Source: an uncultured Planctomycetota bacterium (GTDB taxonomy: Bacteria > Planctomycetota > Planctomycetia > Gemmatales > Gemmataceae). From it: a stretch of DNA of 64,000 nucleotides. Shown here piece by piece: positions 32,359 to 43,071 of this stretch. A program made the translations under genes and the position numbers. A model generated the notes under the pieces. It was not told the origin of the DNA. It saw nothing but the letters and a program-made list of their open reading frames with translations, and ran no database searches. The stretch is taken from assembly GCA_963849325.1 (NCBI GenBank), contig CAWKHF010000009.1:288001-352000 (forward strand), given 5' to 3'. Position 1 is the stretch's first letter. Every line of letters begins with the position of its first letter.

Positions 32359-33873
32359 AACCTGGAAAAAGCGAGCGAGTTGCTCCGTTATTTGCCCGCT
32401 GTTGTCCATGCGCGGCACCTTGTTCTGTCCGCCGAGCCGGCCGCGCGAACGCATCCAGTCGGCGAAGCCGCCGCGCGGCACCGGACAGACTTCCGGCGCT
32501 CGCATGGTCAGATCGCCGGCGCGGTGCGCCCAATAATCCTCGTTCAGCCGGCCGAGCGCGGCGTCCAGTTCGCGCGCGAAAACCGCGCGCACGTCGGCAC
32601 AGGTGGACGCGGCGAACTCGACGAACCAACGGTGATGTCCCGGAAGGCCAGGCCTTGCGGGAAAGACGGGACCGACGTGAAAATCGATAACGGAGGTGCC
32701 GGTGGCGGAGGCGGCGGCCGCGATGGCCTTTTCGACTTCCTCGCTGATGACGTGCTCGCCGAACGCGGACAAAAAGTAGCGGGTTCGTCCCGTGAAGCGC
32801 AGCAGGGGCGGCTCGCGGCGCTCGAAGCATACGGTGTCGCCCAGGACGTAACTCCACAGGCCGGCGCAGGTCGTCAGGACGACGGCGTACTGTACCCCCG
32901 GCTCCAGGTCGGCGACGGTGTGTCGGGTCGGGTGTTCCGCGTCGAGGTCTTCCGTGGGCACGAACTCAAAGAAGATGTTGTGATCGGGGATCAATCGGAG
33001 CAGGCCGTAGCGCGAATCCTCCGTGGCGATGAATCCCTCGGAGGCGGGATAGGTTTCGAGGAAGCGCACCGACGCATCGCCGAGGAGCGTCTGAAACAGC
33101 GGACGATACGGCTCGAACTTGGTGCCGCCGTGAATCACCAGGCGTAGTCGTGGCCAGATGTCGGCGATGCGGTCGCGGCCGGTCATCTGCTTGAGCCGAT
33201 CGAACAGCACCAGCAACCAGGCGGGGATGCCGCTGAGCATGGTGATAGGCAGATTCACGCCGTTCTCGGCGAGAAGACGCATCTTTTCGTCCCAGTCGGT
33301 GACGAGCGCGAGTTTTTCCGGAGGGAACGTAAAAGGCCGCAGCAGGGAGGACGCCTCGCGCACGGTGATGCCGCTGAGATCGCCGGCCAGGATGGGGTAG
33401 GGCGCGGGCTGACCGTCCTTGGCCGCGAGATTGCGCAGGTCGGTGCTGCCGCCGAGGAAAAACAAACGCCCCGTGAACAGCGGCGTTCCGGGGTAGGCCG
33501 ACAGGAACAGCGACAGCGTCGTCAGGGCCGCTTTCTGGTTGGAGGCGAGCATCTGCCGCGACAGCGGAACGTACTTGGTGGCACCGCTCGTCGTCCCCGA
33601 CGACAGGGCGAAGTACGGGACTCGGCCGGGCCAGGTGACATCGGCGAGACAGGGGAAGGGCGCGCGCCAGTAGTCGGACCAGAAGGCTTCGTAGCTGCGC
33701 AGCGGCACGCGGCGCTGATAGTCGGCGATGCCGCGGATGCCGTCGAAATCGTGATCGCGTCCGAAACGGGTCCGCCAGGCGTGCCGTACCAGGCGGAGCA
33801 AGGTTTGCTGCTGGAGCTGCGCCGGCGAGCGCTGGTCGAGTTGGGCCGTGCGATGCGCCGCATAGCGGCCCAT
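32344..33873 (-). CDS. GH3 family acyl-adenylate/amide synthetase
   Basis: ALSSGTTSGATKYVP, ETYPASEGF, GLWSYVLGDTV, FTGRT, GGQNKVPR; true start uncertain. Confidence 0.9.
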   Translation of the reverse strand: MGRYAAHRTAQLDQRSPAQLQQQTLLRLVRHAWRTRFGRDHDFDGIRGIADYQRRVPLRSYEAFWSDYWRAPFPCLADVTWPGRVPYFALSSGTTSGATKYVPLSRQMLASNQKAALTTLSLFLSAYPGTPLFTGRLFFLGGSTDLRNLAAKDGQPAPYPILAGDLSGITVREASSLLRPFTFPPEKLALVTDWDEKMRLLAENGVNLPITMLSGIPAWLLVLFDRLKQMTGRDRIADIWPRLRLVIHGGTKFEPYRPLFQTLLGDASVRFLETYPASEGFIATEDSRYGLLRLIPDHNIFFEFVPTEDLDAEHPTRHTVADLEPGVQYAVVLTTCAGLWSYVLGDTVCFERREPPLLRFTGRTRYFLSAFGEHVISEEVEKAIAAAASATGTSVIDFHVGPVFPARPGLPGHHRWFVEFAASTCADVRAVFARELDAALGRLNEDYWAHRAGDLTMRAPEVCPVPRGGFADWMRSRGRLGGQNKVPRMDNSGQITEQLARFFQVGSIV

Positions 33874-33901
33874 GAACACGTCGGTGAGTCGGCGGACTGC
33901 G

Positions 33902-34028
33902 GATGACAAGGTGACAAGGTGACAGGGTGACAAGGTGACAAAGCTCCCGTGACAAGGCGGTCGGTGAGGACGGGACAAGGTGGCCTTCTTCTCACCTTGT
34001 CACCCTGTCACCTTGTCACCTTGTCATC
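33902..34028. repeat. Inverted octamer repeat (GTGACAAG)n...(CTTGTCAC)n
   Basis: Read directly. Confidence 0.85.
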
Positions 34029-34858
34029 TGTAGAGTCGGCCGAGCACTGCTGAGGAAGTGCAGCACCAGGCGATTGGTCAGCCGCGGTCTCTCCATCTGT
34101 GGGGCGTGGCCGCAGCGCGGGATCGACAGGTAGTGTCCCTGTGGCAGCAACGTCGCCACTTCCGCCGCCTGCCGAGGATCGACGATTTGGTCCTCGCGTC
34201 CGCTGACCAGCAGCGTCGGCTGCGACAGTTCGGCCATCCGATCGCGGACGGAGTGAGCCATCGTGCCGCGCACCGTGCGCAGCAACCCCGTCCGCCAGCG
34301 GCGGTTGGCGAACTGGCGCCGGTAGTAGATCAGCAAGCGCGGGTCCACTCGGCTGGTGTCGTAAAAGACGCTTTCGATCAGCGAACGCAGGTCGTGGCGG
34401 CGCATGCCCTCGACGAGGGGTAGGCGCTCTTCATCGCCCATTCCGGAGGGACAAAGGAGTACAAGTCGAGTGACGCGCTCGGGATAGCGCACCGCGTACT
34501 CGACGGCGATCTTGCCGCCGAGGCTCGCCGCGACCAGGTGATAGGGCGGCGTCTGCACGAACGATTCGAGATACTGATGCAGTTGCTCGACCAGGTAGTC
34601 GATGCTGATAGGCCGTCCCTGGTCGATGCGCTGGTGCAGGGCCGGGCCGTCGTAGACGAGCAGGTTGGGCAGGTAGACGTCGAAGTGACGCCGCCAGAAG
34701 GGGACATTGCGGAACCAGCTCTCCGCCTGCTCGGCCAGTCCGTTGAGGAGGACGAGCGGTTGCCGCCGGACGTAGGGATGGACCTGGAAGCGCGCCAGCC
34801 AGGTTCGCCAGGGTGCGGCCACGGTGAGACCTCCCACTGGAGAATCGGGACGGCCCAA
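34016..34858 (-). CDS. Alpha/beta hydrolase
   Basis: LLNGL, ASLGG nucleophile elbow, GREDQIV, CGHAPQME. Confidence 0.9.
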   Translation of the reverse strand: MGRPDSPVGGLTVAAPWRTWLARFQVHPYVRRQPLVLLNGLAEQAESWFRNVPFWRRHFDVYLPNLLVYDGPALHQRIDQGRPISIDYLVEQLHQYLESFVQTPPYHLVAASLGGKIAVEYAVRYPERVTRLVLLCPSGMGDEERLPLVEGMRRHDLRSLIESVFYDTSRVDPRLLIYYRRQFANRRWRTGLLRTVRGTMAHSVRDRMAELSQPTLLVSGREDQIVDPRQAAEVATLLPQGHYLSIPRCGHAPQMERPRLTNRLVLHFLSSARPTLQMTR

Positions 34859-35015
34859 TCATCCCGTTCTCCACGTCGATTCCCTTCGGCCCCCCGGTAT
34901 AACCAAATCGCTCCCGTTTGACTAGACGTTCTTGCAACCGCTGGCGGGACACGTGGTTTCTGTTATCCTGCAACGCGGCCGGATGTCTCTCCTGGTATTT
35001 GCGCGGAGTGCGGTT

Positions 35016-35977
35016 ATGACTGGACCGTCCGATGTTCTGTGTGCGGGCATCATCGTCGCCGATCACGTCAGCTCCCCGATTTCGCACGTGCCGGACCCTG
35101 GCGAGCTGGTTCTGGCCGATCAACTTTTGTTGACCATCGGCGGCTGCGCCGCCAACGTGGCCGTGGACCTGGTCAAGCTCGGCGTATCGGCGGCGGTGGT
35201 CGGCCGCGTCGGCGGCGACGTCTTCGGTCGTGTCGTCGCCGACATGCTGCGCGAACGTCAGGTCGATGTCTCCGCCCTGGGGGTCAGTACGGACCTGGAT
35301 ACCAGCCAGACGCTGATCGTGAACGTGGCCGGACAGGACCGTCGTTTCATCCACACCTTCGGGGCCAATGGCGCTTTCGGGGCCTCCGACATCCCGCTGG
35401 ATCGCGTGGCGACGTGCCGCGTGCTGTACCTGGGCGGCTATCTGCTGATGGGCAACGTTCATCCGGAAGAGTTGATTCCCGTGTTCGCGGCGGCGCGCGC
35501 GCCGGGGCAAAGACGGTGCTCGACGTGGTCACGCCTGGCCCGGCCGATTACCTGCCGCGCTTGCAGAAGCTATTGCCTCATGTCGATGTCTTTCTGCCGA
35601 ACAACCACGAGGCGGAGTTAATTACCGGCGAGAAGGACGCACTGCGGCAAGCTGAGCGCTTCCATCAGATGGGAGCGCAGACGGTCATCATCACGATGGG
35701 CGATCAAGGTTCGGTACTGGTGGGGCAGGGGGTGCGATTGCGGGCAGAGACGTATCGGATGCCGTTCGTGGACGGCACCGGCGGCGGGGACGCTTTCGCC
35801 GCCGGCTACATCGACGGACTGCTTCGCGGGCTGGACGCGGAGGGGTGTTTGCGCATCGGCAGTGCGGTCGGAGCCAGCTGCGTCCGCGCCATCGGCACGA
35901 CGACCGGCGTGTTCACACGGGCGGAACTGGAGGCGTTCGTGTCTGCGAATCCGCTGCGGATCGAGCGGATACAATAA
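35016..35977 (+). CDS. PfkB family carbohydrate kinase (frameshift near 35500)
   Basis: GGCAANVA, VGGDVFG, PNNHEA, DGTGGGDAFAAG. Confidence 0.92.
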
Positions 35978-36014
35978 CCACAACGCACAGGGTCGTTGAT
36001 CGGAGGTGATTCAC

Positions 36015-36761
36015 ATGCCCATCCATGATTGGCGATTGGTTGATGCGGGAATCTTCCACCATTTCCATCACTCGTGGATTGAGGAGATCCAGCGGGCATT
36101 GAACCGCGGTTTATTGCCGCCGGAGTATTATGCACTCTCCGAACAAATCGCGGGCGGTCTGGGACCGGATGTCCTGACCCTTCAAAGACCTGGAACCGAG
36201 TCCGTTTCCCTCGATGATCCTCGTGGAGGAGTGGCCGTGACAGTCCTTCCTCCGAAGGCGCGGTTCCGCGCTCGCGCCGAGCCGGACCTCTACGCGGCCA
36301 AGGCCAAGACCGTCGTCATTCGCCACCGGAGCAACCACCGGATCATCGCCATGGTGGAGCTAGTCTCTCCCGGCAACAAAAACAACCGGCATGGTATCCG
36401 CGCGTTCGTCGAGAAGGCCGTGGCCGCACTGCGGGCTGGCATCCATCTCCTGATGGTGGACCTGTTTCCACCGGGGCCGCGCGATCCCCAGGGCATCCAC
36501 AAGGCGATCTGGGATGAACTGGTCGAAAATGACTTCCGTCTTCCCGACGACAAGCCGCTGACCCTGGTGGCCTACAGCGCCGACCAGTTTCCCGAGGCGT
36601 TCATCGAGCCGGTGGCCGTTGGCGATCCTCTGCCGGACATGCCCGTGTTCTTAACTCCCGACGTTTACATCCCGACGCCACTCGACGCAACCTACCGTGC
36701 GGCCTGGGATGCCTTTCCTTCTTTTTGGCGCGATGTCCTGGGCCATTCGGGTGGGGTGTAA
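36015..36761 (+). CDS. DUF4058 family protein (PD-(D/E)XK-like)
   Basis: GIFHHFHHSW, GPDVL, VELVSPGNK, GIHLLMVDL. Confidence 0.85.
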   Translation: MPIHDWRLVDAGIFHHFHHSWIEEIQRALNRGLLPPEYYALSEQIAGGLGPDVLTLQRPGTESVSLDDPRGGVAVTVLPPKARFRARAEPDLYAAKAKTVVIRHRSNHRIIAMVELVSPGNKNNRHGIRAFVEKAVAALRAGIHLLMVDLFPPGPRDPQGIHKAIWDELVENDFRLPDDKPLTLVAYSADQFPEAFIEPVAVGDPLPDMPVFLTPDVYIPTPLDATYRAAWDAFPSFWRDVLGHSGGV

Positions 36762-36803
36762 CCTCGCCCCTCCGCCATCGGAATACGACGCGCCGCGAGT
36801 CCA

Positions 36804-37232
36804 CTATCGCGGGGCGGATGGTTGTTCGTCCAGATGAGCCAGCAGGCGGTCGAGGAAAGGCACCTGATCGGAGTGCAGAAGCCTCCGCGCTTGTTCCAGC
36901 GAGACGAAACGGGCGTCATCGACTTCCCAGGACGTGGGCCGCGGTTCGGCATCGACGGGGGCGAGACCGGCGAAACAGTACACGTCCTTGCGACTCTTCT
37001 TGTACTCGATGAAACCAAGGGACACGAGATCGCCGGGCATGACGCCGACTTCTTCCAGCGTCTCGCGGCGGGCCGTCCGCTCCAGGTCCGTCTCACCATC
37101 GTTGGGCACTCCCTTGGGGATGCTCCACGGCGCACGGCGGTTGTAAGGGCCGGAGGGGTGGACCAGCAAGACCTCCAGCCCATCGGCTCCCTGACGATAC
37201 AGGAGCGTTCCAGCCGACTGCTTCCTGGCCAT
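36804..37232 (-). CDS. NUDIX hydrolase
   Basis: WSIPKG...ETDLERTARRETLEEVG Nudix box. Confidence 0.92.
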   Translation of the reverse strand: MARKQSAGTLLYRQGADGLEVLLVHPSGPYNRRAPWSIPKGVPNDGETDLERTARRETLEEVGVMPGDLVSLGFIEYKKSRKDVYCFAGLAPVDAEPRPTSWEVDDARFVSLEQARRLLHSDQVPFLDRLLAHLDEQPSAPR

Positions 37233-37311
37233 GCTCTCCTCCCGCGAACACATTCTCTCGGAGCCTGAAGCGTACGCTTCAGGCTCGGACGGGCACTCAC
37301 TTCTTCCGGCA

Positions 37312-38301
37312 CTATGGCACCTTTAGAGAGTCGAAAATACGCTGAAGCAGGCTTTCCGACGTGATGTCCTCGGCCTCGGCCTCGTAGGTGACGCTGACGC
37401 GATGACGCAGCACGTCCGGGCCGATGGACTTGACGTCCTGCGGCGTGACGTAGCCGCGACCGTCGAGGAACGCCTGCGCTTTCGCCGCCCGCGCCAGGAA
37501 GATCGTCGCGCGCGGACTGGCGCCGTACTGGATGTACGGCGCCAGGTCGAGGTTGTAATCGGCCGGCTTGCGCGTGGCGTGGACGATATCGACGATGTAA
37601 CGCTTGATCTTGTCATCCACGTAAATCCGATCGAGGACGCTCCGCAGGGAGGACACGTCGGATGGACCCAGGACGGAGTCGATCGTCCATTTCGGTTCGA
37701 TGGCGGACATGCGCTCGAGGATGACCAGTTCGTCTTCCTTGCTCGGGTAGGTCAGCTTGAGCTTGAGCATGAAGCGATCGACCTGCGCCTCGGGCAGCGG
37801 GTAAGTACCTTCCTGCTCGATGGGATTTTGCGTGGCCAGGACGAGGAAAGGAATATCAAGAGGATAGCTCTTGTCGCCGATAGTGACCTGCTTCTCCTGC
37901 ATCGCTTCGAGTAAGGCGCTCTGTACCTTGGCGGGAGCGCGATTGATCTCGTCGGCGAGGACGAGGTTGGCGAAGATGGGGCCTTTCTTGATGCTGAATT
38001 CGCCGCTGCGCGGGTTGTAAATCTGCGTGCCGATGACGTCGGCGGGCAGCAAGTCGGGAGTGAACTGGATGCGGCTGAAACTGAGGCGCAGCGCCTGGGC
38101 GAGCGTGCGCACGGCCAGGGTCTTGGCCAGGCCCGGCACACCCTCCAGGAGGATGTGACCGCCGGTGAGCAGGCCGACCAGCAGGCGATCGATCATGCCG
38201 CGCTGACCGACGATGACTTTCTCCATCTCGGCGTAAAGTGGATCCAGCCGGGCGCGCAGGTCGCATACCACGCGGTTGATTTCCTGGACGTCGTCGGTCA
38301 T
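37312..38301 (-). CDS. moxR: MoxR family AAA+ ATPase
   Basis: EGVPGLAKT, RIQFTPDLLPAD, LADEINRAPAKVQSALLEAM, ATQNPIEQEGTYPLPEAQVDRF. Confidence 0.95.
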   Translation of the reverse strand: MTDDVQEINRVVCDLRARLDPLYAEMEKVIVGQRGMIDRLLVGLLTGGHILLEGVPGLAKTLAVRTLAQALRLSFSRIQFTPDLLPADVIGTQIYNPRSGEFSIKKGPIFANLVLADEINRAPAKVQSALLEAMQEKQVTIGDKSYPLDIPFLVLATQNPIEQEGTYPLPEAQVDRFMLKLKLTYPSKEDELVILERMSAIEPKWTIDSVLGPSDVSSLRSVLDRIYVDDKIKRYIVDIVHATRKPADYNLDLAPYIQYGASPRATIFLARAAKAQAFLDGRGYVTPQDVKSIGPDVLRHRVSVTYEAEAEDITSESLLQRIFDSLKVP

Positions 38302-38510
38302 GGACACCTCGGAGGCAGGGACGGCCCAACGGCCGGAGCAAGCGTCCGTGTGTTTCCATTCTCAGCCCTGCCGCCACAAATGACAATGGCCGCTGCACCC
38401 TGACGAGTGACCGGGAGGAAAAAGCGCAGAGAACGAGGCCGGCCGTATCAGCCTGGAGGGAAGGCGGCTGAGACGGCCGGCACCGAGCGATGGGCGATGA
38501 AAGGTCCGAC

Positions 38511-38870
38511 TTACCAGCGGTATCCGGGACGGTAATAGTAACGGGAGTACGGGCTGTAATAGCCTCCATAGTAGCCGCCCCAGGGATTGTACCCGCCGTA
38601 GTAGCGCGGGTAATAGGAACGACCGTAGCCGCCATAGCCGCCATAGCCGCCATAGCCTCCGTAGGGGTAGTAGCCGCGGGAGAAGCCATAGCCGGAATAG
38701 CCATAGCGGCCTCCCCAGTACCTGCCGCCGTGTCCGTAATGGGCCACGGGGACGGTGGTGCCGGCAACGGTGGGACCACGATACGGGTTGGCCCGCACGG
38801 ACGACGGGTTCCCCAGCGACAGACCCAAGGCGCCGAGACCGAGGATCAACGATCCCAATAACGAACGCAT
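38511..38870 (-). CDS. Small secreted Gly/Tyr-rich protein
   Basis: AAGGAGG SD, signal peptide, (GGY)n mature region. Confidence 0.8.
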   Translation of the reverse strand: MRSLLGSLILGLGALGLSLGNPSSVRANPYRGPTVAGTTVPVAHYGHGGRYWGGRYGYSGYGFSRGYYPYGGYGGYGGYGGYGRSYYPRYYGGYNPWGGYYGGYYSPYSRYYYRPGYRW

Positions 38871-38926
38871 GACGCACCTCCTTCTGTTCATTTGAGAGAG
38901 CGATCTGCCCTCTCTATAAGTCCTAA

Positions 38927-38942
38927 TGCAAAAGCGATACCA
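38927..38942 (-). promoter_or_regulatory. Putative sigma54 (-24/-12) promoter
   Basis: TGGTATCGCTTTTGCA with canonical GG-N10-GC spacing, about 56 nt upstream of the Gly/Tyr-rich gene. Confidence 0.65.
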
Positions 38943-39090
38943 GCTTGCGCGGAATGTTTTTCGGCCTTGTTTGTGGCCGCGAAATAGAGCACCTTGCCGC
39001 AATCTCGATGCGATTGTTGCGTTTTCATACAAGGCCGTTCGTTTGTGTTGCCGCGTTATATCCACTCGAATATAACGATGGTCTCCGTCA

Positions 39091-40163
39091 TCATCCCCGG
39101 TCGCGGCGCGACGGCTGGACGGTGCGGAAGCCGGCACTGCGAAAGTGAGATTGGGCGGCGGCGGAGCCAAGGTAGGCGAGCAAAGCCCGAGCCGACGGCG
39201 AGCGCTCGCCCCAGTGCGTCAGGACGGCGGTATAGGAAATCGACGGTCGATCGGTCTGGGAACGAAACAGGATCCGGCAGTGGGCGGCAGCGCCGGCATC
39301 GCTGTCATAGACGATGCCGGCGTCGGCCTGACCCGACTCCACCGCGGCCAGGACCACACGAGGGTTGTCGAGGAACATCGCCCTCCGGCAAACCTCCGGC
39401 CAGATACCGAGCGGTTCCAGGTACGAGCGGGTGTAGCCACCCAGTGGACAGGAAGGATGAGCCAGGGCGATCCGTCTCATCCGGGGTTGCAACAGACCGC
39501 GCGGTCCGCGCAGGTCCGGGACCGAAGAGGGGAGGGCCACGGCCGCTAGACGGTTGGTTGCCAAGATGTTGCGTGTCTCCGCCGCGAGGAGATGGGCGGC
39601 GGCCAGGCGGTCGAGTTGGCGGACCTCGGCACTAAGGAAGAGATCAACGTGGATCCCATGCAGCAGATGGTCGGCCAATTCGTCGGAGGCGCCGCAGACG
39701 GTTCGCACCGCGATCGCGGGCTGTCGCACGGCAAACTCGGTCAGGAGGCGGCGCAACACGACTTCGAGACTGGCGGCGGCGGCGACGTGAACGCAGTCCG
39801 CGCCGGCCCGAGGCGTGGAGAGAGGTCCGGCGACCGAGTCCTGCGCCGCGCCTGCAATTGGCGGAAGAGGTCGGCCGCGAGCCGTCCTCGCGGAGTCAAC
39901 TCCGCCCCGCCTCCGTCTCGGCCGCCGGTCTGGGTGCGGACCAGGGGCTGGCCCGCCGCCCGGTTCATGCCCTCCACCAGCAGCCAGGCTCGGCGATACG
40001 ACATGTGGAGGTCGCGGGCCGCGGCGCTGATGCTGTGGCAACGCTCGATCGCCTCCAGCAGTTCCAGCCGACCCGGCCCGAGAAGGGTCTCGCCATCGCG
40101 TTCGACCCACAGCCGAACGCCGACCGTCCAGTCCTTCGTCCATTCTTCGTCGTCGGCACTCAT
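39091..40163 (-). CDS. ModE-type winged HTH fused to a ModA-like molybdate-binding domain (frameshift near 39855)
   Basis: [12 protein letters not shown]...[17 protein letters not shown]...[11 protein letters not shown], then [35 protein letters not shown]. Confidence 0.8.
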
Positions 40164-40229
40164 CGGCGGCTTTCCGCTGCCGGGGAGCGCCGGCGTTGCG
40201 GCTCCCCGCGAACTTTGTGGAGACCTGCC

Positions 40230-41036
40230 ATGCGACGCCGTTCCGCCTTCACCCTGATCGAATTATTGGTGGTCATCGCCATCATCGCGATCCTGATCGG
40301 CCTGCTGCTGCCGGCGGTGCAGAAAGTGCGCGCGGCGGCGGCGCGGGCGCAGTGTCAGAATAACCTCAAACAGATCGGGTTGGCCATCCACAACTACCAC
40401 GACGCCCTGCTCGCCTTCCCGCGCTACCGCCAGTGCGACACCACCTCCGGAACCTACGACGCCAACTGCTACTCCCTCACTTCGGCCACCATCTGGACCG
40501 GACCCAACGAGGTTTGGTGGTCGCCTTACGACAACCGTCCCGCGCCCTCCAGTCCGACCAACGCCCAGGGCAGTCCCAACCCGAACAACTCGTACAACAA
40601 CGGCGGTTATCCCGCTGGTTTTCTCTGGCCCTACATCGAGGGCAACCAGAAGATTTTCAAGTGCCCTGTCGGCATCGACACGACCACCGGCGCCGTCTTC
40701 CAGGTTAGCTACGGCATGAACTACGTCAGCGGAGGGCCGAACGGCCAGAACCTCGCGACGTTGAGCAACGGCAACGGCAGCTCCAACATTCTCATCGTCT
40801 GGGACCACGGCAAGACGCCCGGCTGCGCCGACTCCAGCCACGCGGCCACGGCGGCGAACCCGCGCGGTCCCTGGCCGTGGCCGGACACCACCAAGCCGCC
40901 GAGCCATTACCCGTACCAGCGCCACACCAATGTTTTCAACGTCCTCTACTGCGATGGCCACGGCAGCAGCATCAGTCAGAATGATTTGATCACAAGCTTG
41001 TTCCTGGCCAGCGGCAGCACCCCCATCTTTCCTTGA
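40230..41036 (+). CDS. DUF1559 prepilin-type N-terminal cleavage/methylation protein
   Basis: [29 protein letters not shown]...[13 protein letters not shown]9-DG motif ([12 protein letters not shown]). Confidence 0.95.
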   Translation: MRRRSAFTLIELLVVIAIIAILIGLLLPAVQKVRAAAARAQCQNNLKQIGLAIHNYHDALLAFPRYRQCDTTSGTYDANCYSLTSATIWTGPNEVWWSPYDNRPAPSSPTNAQGSPNPNNSYNNGGYPAGFLWPYIEGNQKIFKCPVGIDTTTGAVFQVSYGMNYVSGGPNGQNLATLSNGNGSSNILIVWDHGKTPGCADSSHAATAANPRGPWPWPDTTKPPSHYPYQRHTNVFNVLYCDGHGSSISQNDLITSLFLASGSTPIFP

Positions 41037-41116
41037 CTACAATACCGGCAGAGAAGCGTCAGCGAAGGAATGACAACTTCGCTGACGCTTCAGGCTCGGA
41101 CAGTCAAGGGGACCAC

Positions 41117-42983
41117 ATGGGCTATCGCAACCTCCGCGACTGTGTCGCCGACCTGGAGCGCACCCGGCAGCTTGTACGCATCGAGCGCGAGATCGACCCG
41201 TATCTGGAGATGGCGGAGGTCCACCGGCGTGTTTACGAGGTCGGTGGGCCGGCCTTGTTGTTCACGCGCGTCAAGGGCTGCGCCTTTCCGATGGTGAGCA
41301 ATCTCTTCGGCACGCCGGCGCGCATCCGCTACCTGTTCCGCGATACGCTCCAGGCCGTGCGTCACTTGGTCGAGCTGAAGGTCGATCCCGGCGCCTTCTG
41401 GAAACGGCCGTTTCGCTACCGCGACGTGCCTGGCACGCTGTTGCACACCCTGCCGAAACGGGTCAAGGATGGGCCGATTCTGGCGCAGCAAACGACCCTC
41501 GCCGAACTGCCGCAATTGCAGTGCTGGCCGCGCGACGGCGGCGCATTCATCACCTTGCCGCAGGTGTACACCGAGGACGTCGATCGGCCGGGCTGGCGTC
41601 ACTCGAACCTGGGCATGTATCGCGTGCAGCTGTCGGGCAATCGGTATGAGCCGAACCGCGAGGTCGGCTTGCACTACCAGATCCATCGCGGCATCGGCGT
41701 GCATCACGCGGCGGCGCTGCGGCGCGGCGAGCCGTTGCGAGTCAACGTGATTGTCGGCGGTCCGCCGGCGCTGGCCGCTGGCGGCGGTCATGCCGCTGCC
41801 GGAGGGGCTGCCCGAATTGGCGTTCGCCGGCGCCCTGGGCGGCCGGCGCATTGGCCTCGTGACTCCATCGCCAAACGGTGACGGCCTCTCGCCTCCGCTG
41901 CCGATCCCGGCCGAGGCGGATTTCTGCATCCGCGGCACGGTCGATCCGCAGCGGCTGCTGCCGGAAGGGCCGTTCGGCGATCACCTCGGTTATTACAGTC
42001 TCGTCCACGATTTTCCCGTGCTGCGCGTCGAGCGCGTCTATCATCGGCCCGGCGCCATCTGGCCGTTCACGGTCGTCGGCCGGCCGCCGCAGGAGGACAC
42101 CTGTTTCGGCGATCTCATTCACGAACTGACCGGCCCGATTATCCCGACGGTGGTGCCGGGCGTTCACGCCGTTCACGCCGTCGATGCCGCCGGAGTGCAT
42201 CCGCTGCTGCTGGCCATCGGCAGCGAGCGTTACGTCCCTTATGCCCGCGAGCGGAGGCCGCAAGAGCTGCTGACCTGCGCCAACGCCGTTCTCGGGCAGG
42301 GACAGCTTTCGCTCGCCAAGTACCTGTTCCTCGTGGCCCGCGAGGACGACCCGGAGCTGGACATCCACGACATCGCGGCCTTTTTCCGGCACGTCCTGGA
42401 GCGCGTGGACTGGCGGACGGACCTGCATTTCCAGACGCGAACGACGATCGACACGCTCGATTATTCGGGCAGCGGCTTGAACGAAGGCTCCAAGTTGGTC
42501 GTCGCCGTCGCCGGCCCCAAACGCCGGACGCTGGCCGCTGAGGTGCCGGAGAAACTGCCTCTCGCCGAGGGATTTCGAGAGCCGCGCGTGTGCTTGCCGG
42601 GCGTGCTCGCCGTGGAAGCACCGGCGTATCCGCGAGGGCGAACCGAGGACACGCCGCCCGACGTGGAGCGCTTCTGTCGCGCCCTCGCTTCCGGTGAGGC
42701 GGCGATGGGTTTCCCACTCGTCGTGCTGGTGGACGATAGCGAGTTCACCGCTCACGCCCTCAAGAACTGGCTGTGGGTCACGTTTACGCGCTCCAATCCC
42801 GCGGCGGACATCCACGGCGTTGGGGGGTTTACGCATCAGAAACACTGGGGCTGCACGGGTCCGCTGGTGATCGACGCACGCATCAAGCCGCATCATGCGC
42901 CGCCGCTGGAGGAAGATCCAGAAATCACTCGCCGCGTGGAAGCGCTGGGCGTGCCGGGTGGGCCACTGTACCGCATCATCTGA
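41117..42983 (+). CDS. UbiD family decarboxylase (frameshift near 41775)
   Basis: DGGAFITLP, NLGMYR, EGPFGDHLGYY, VGRPPQED, DTLDYS. Confidence 0.92.
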
Positions 42984-43071
42984 TTGGCCTTGACCGATGC
43001 GGTAGTGGGAGATATGTCTTCGCGTCTTTCGTCCGGCGCGGACGAGGCTCGGAGAATTGAGGAAAACCGGC

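Noticed and set aside
32344-33873. Auxin metabolism or plant-derived gene transfer
   Set aside because: GH3-like genes are widespread in bacteria; nothing in the sequence specifies the substrate.
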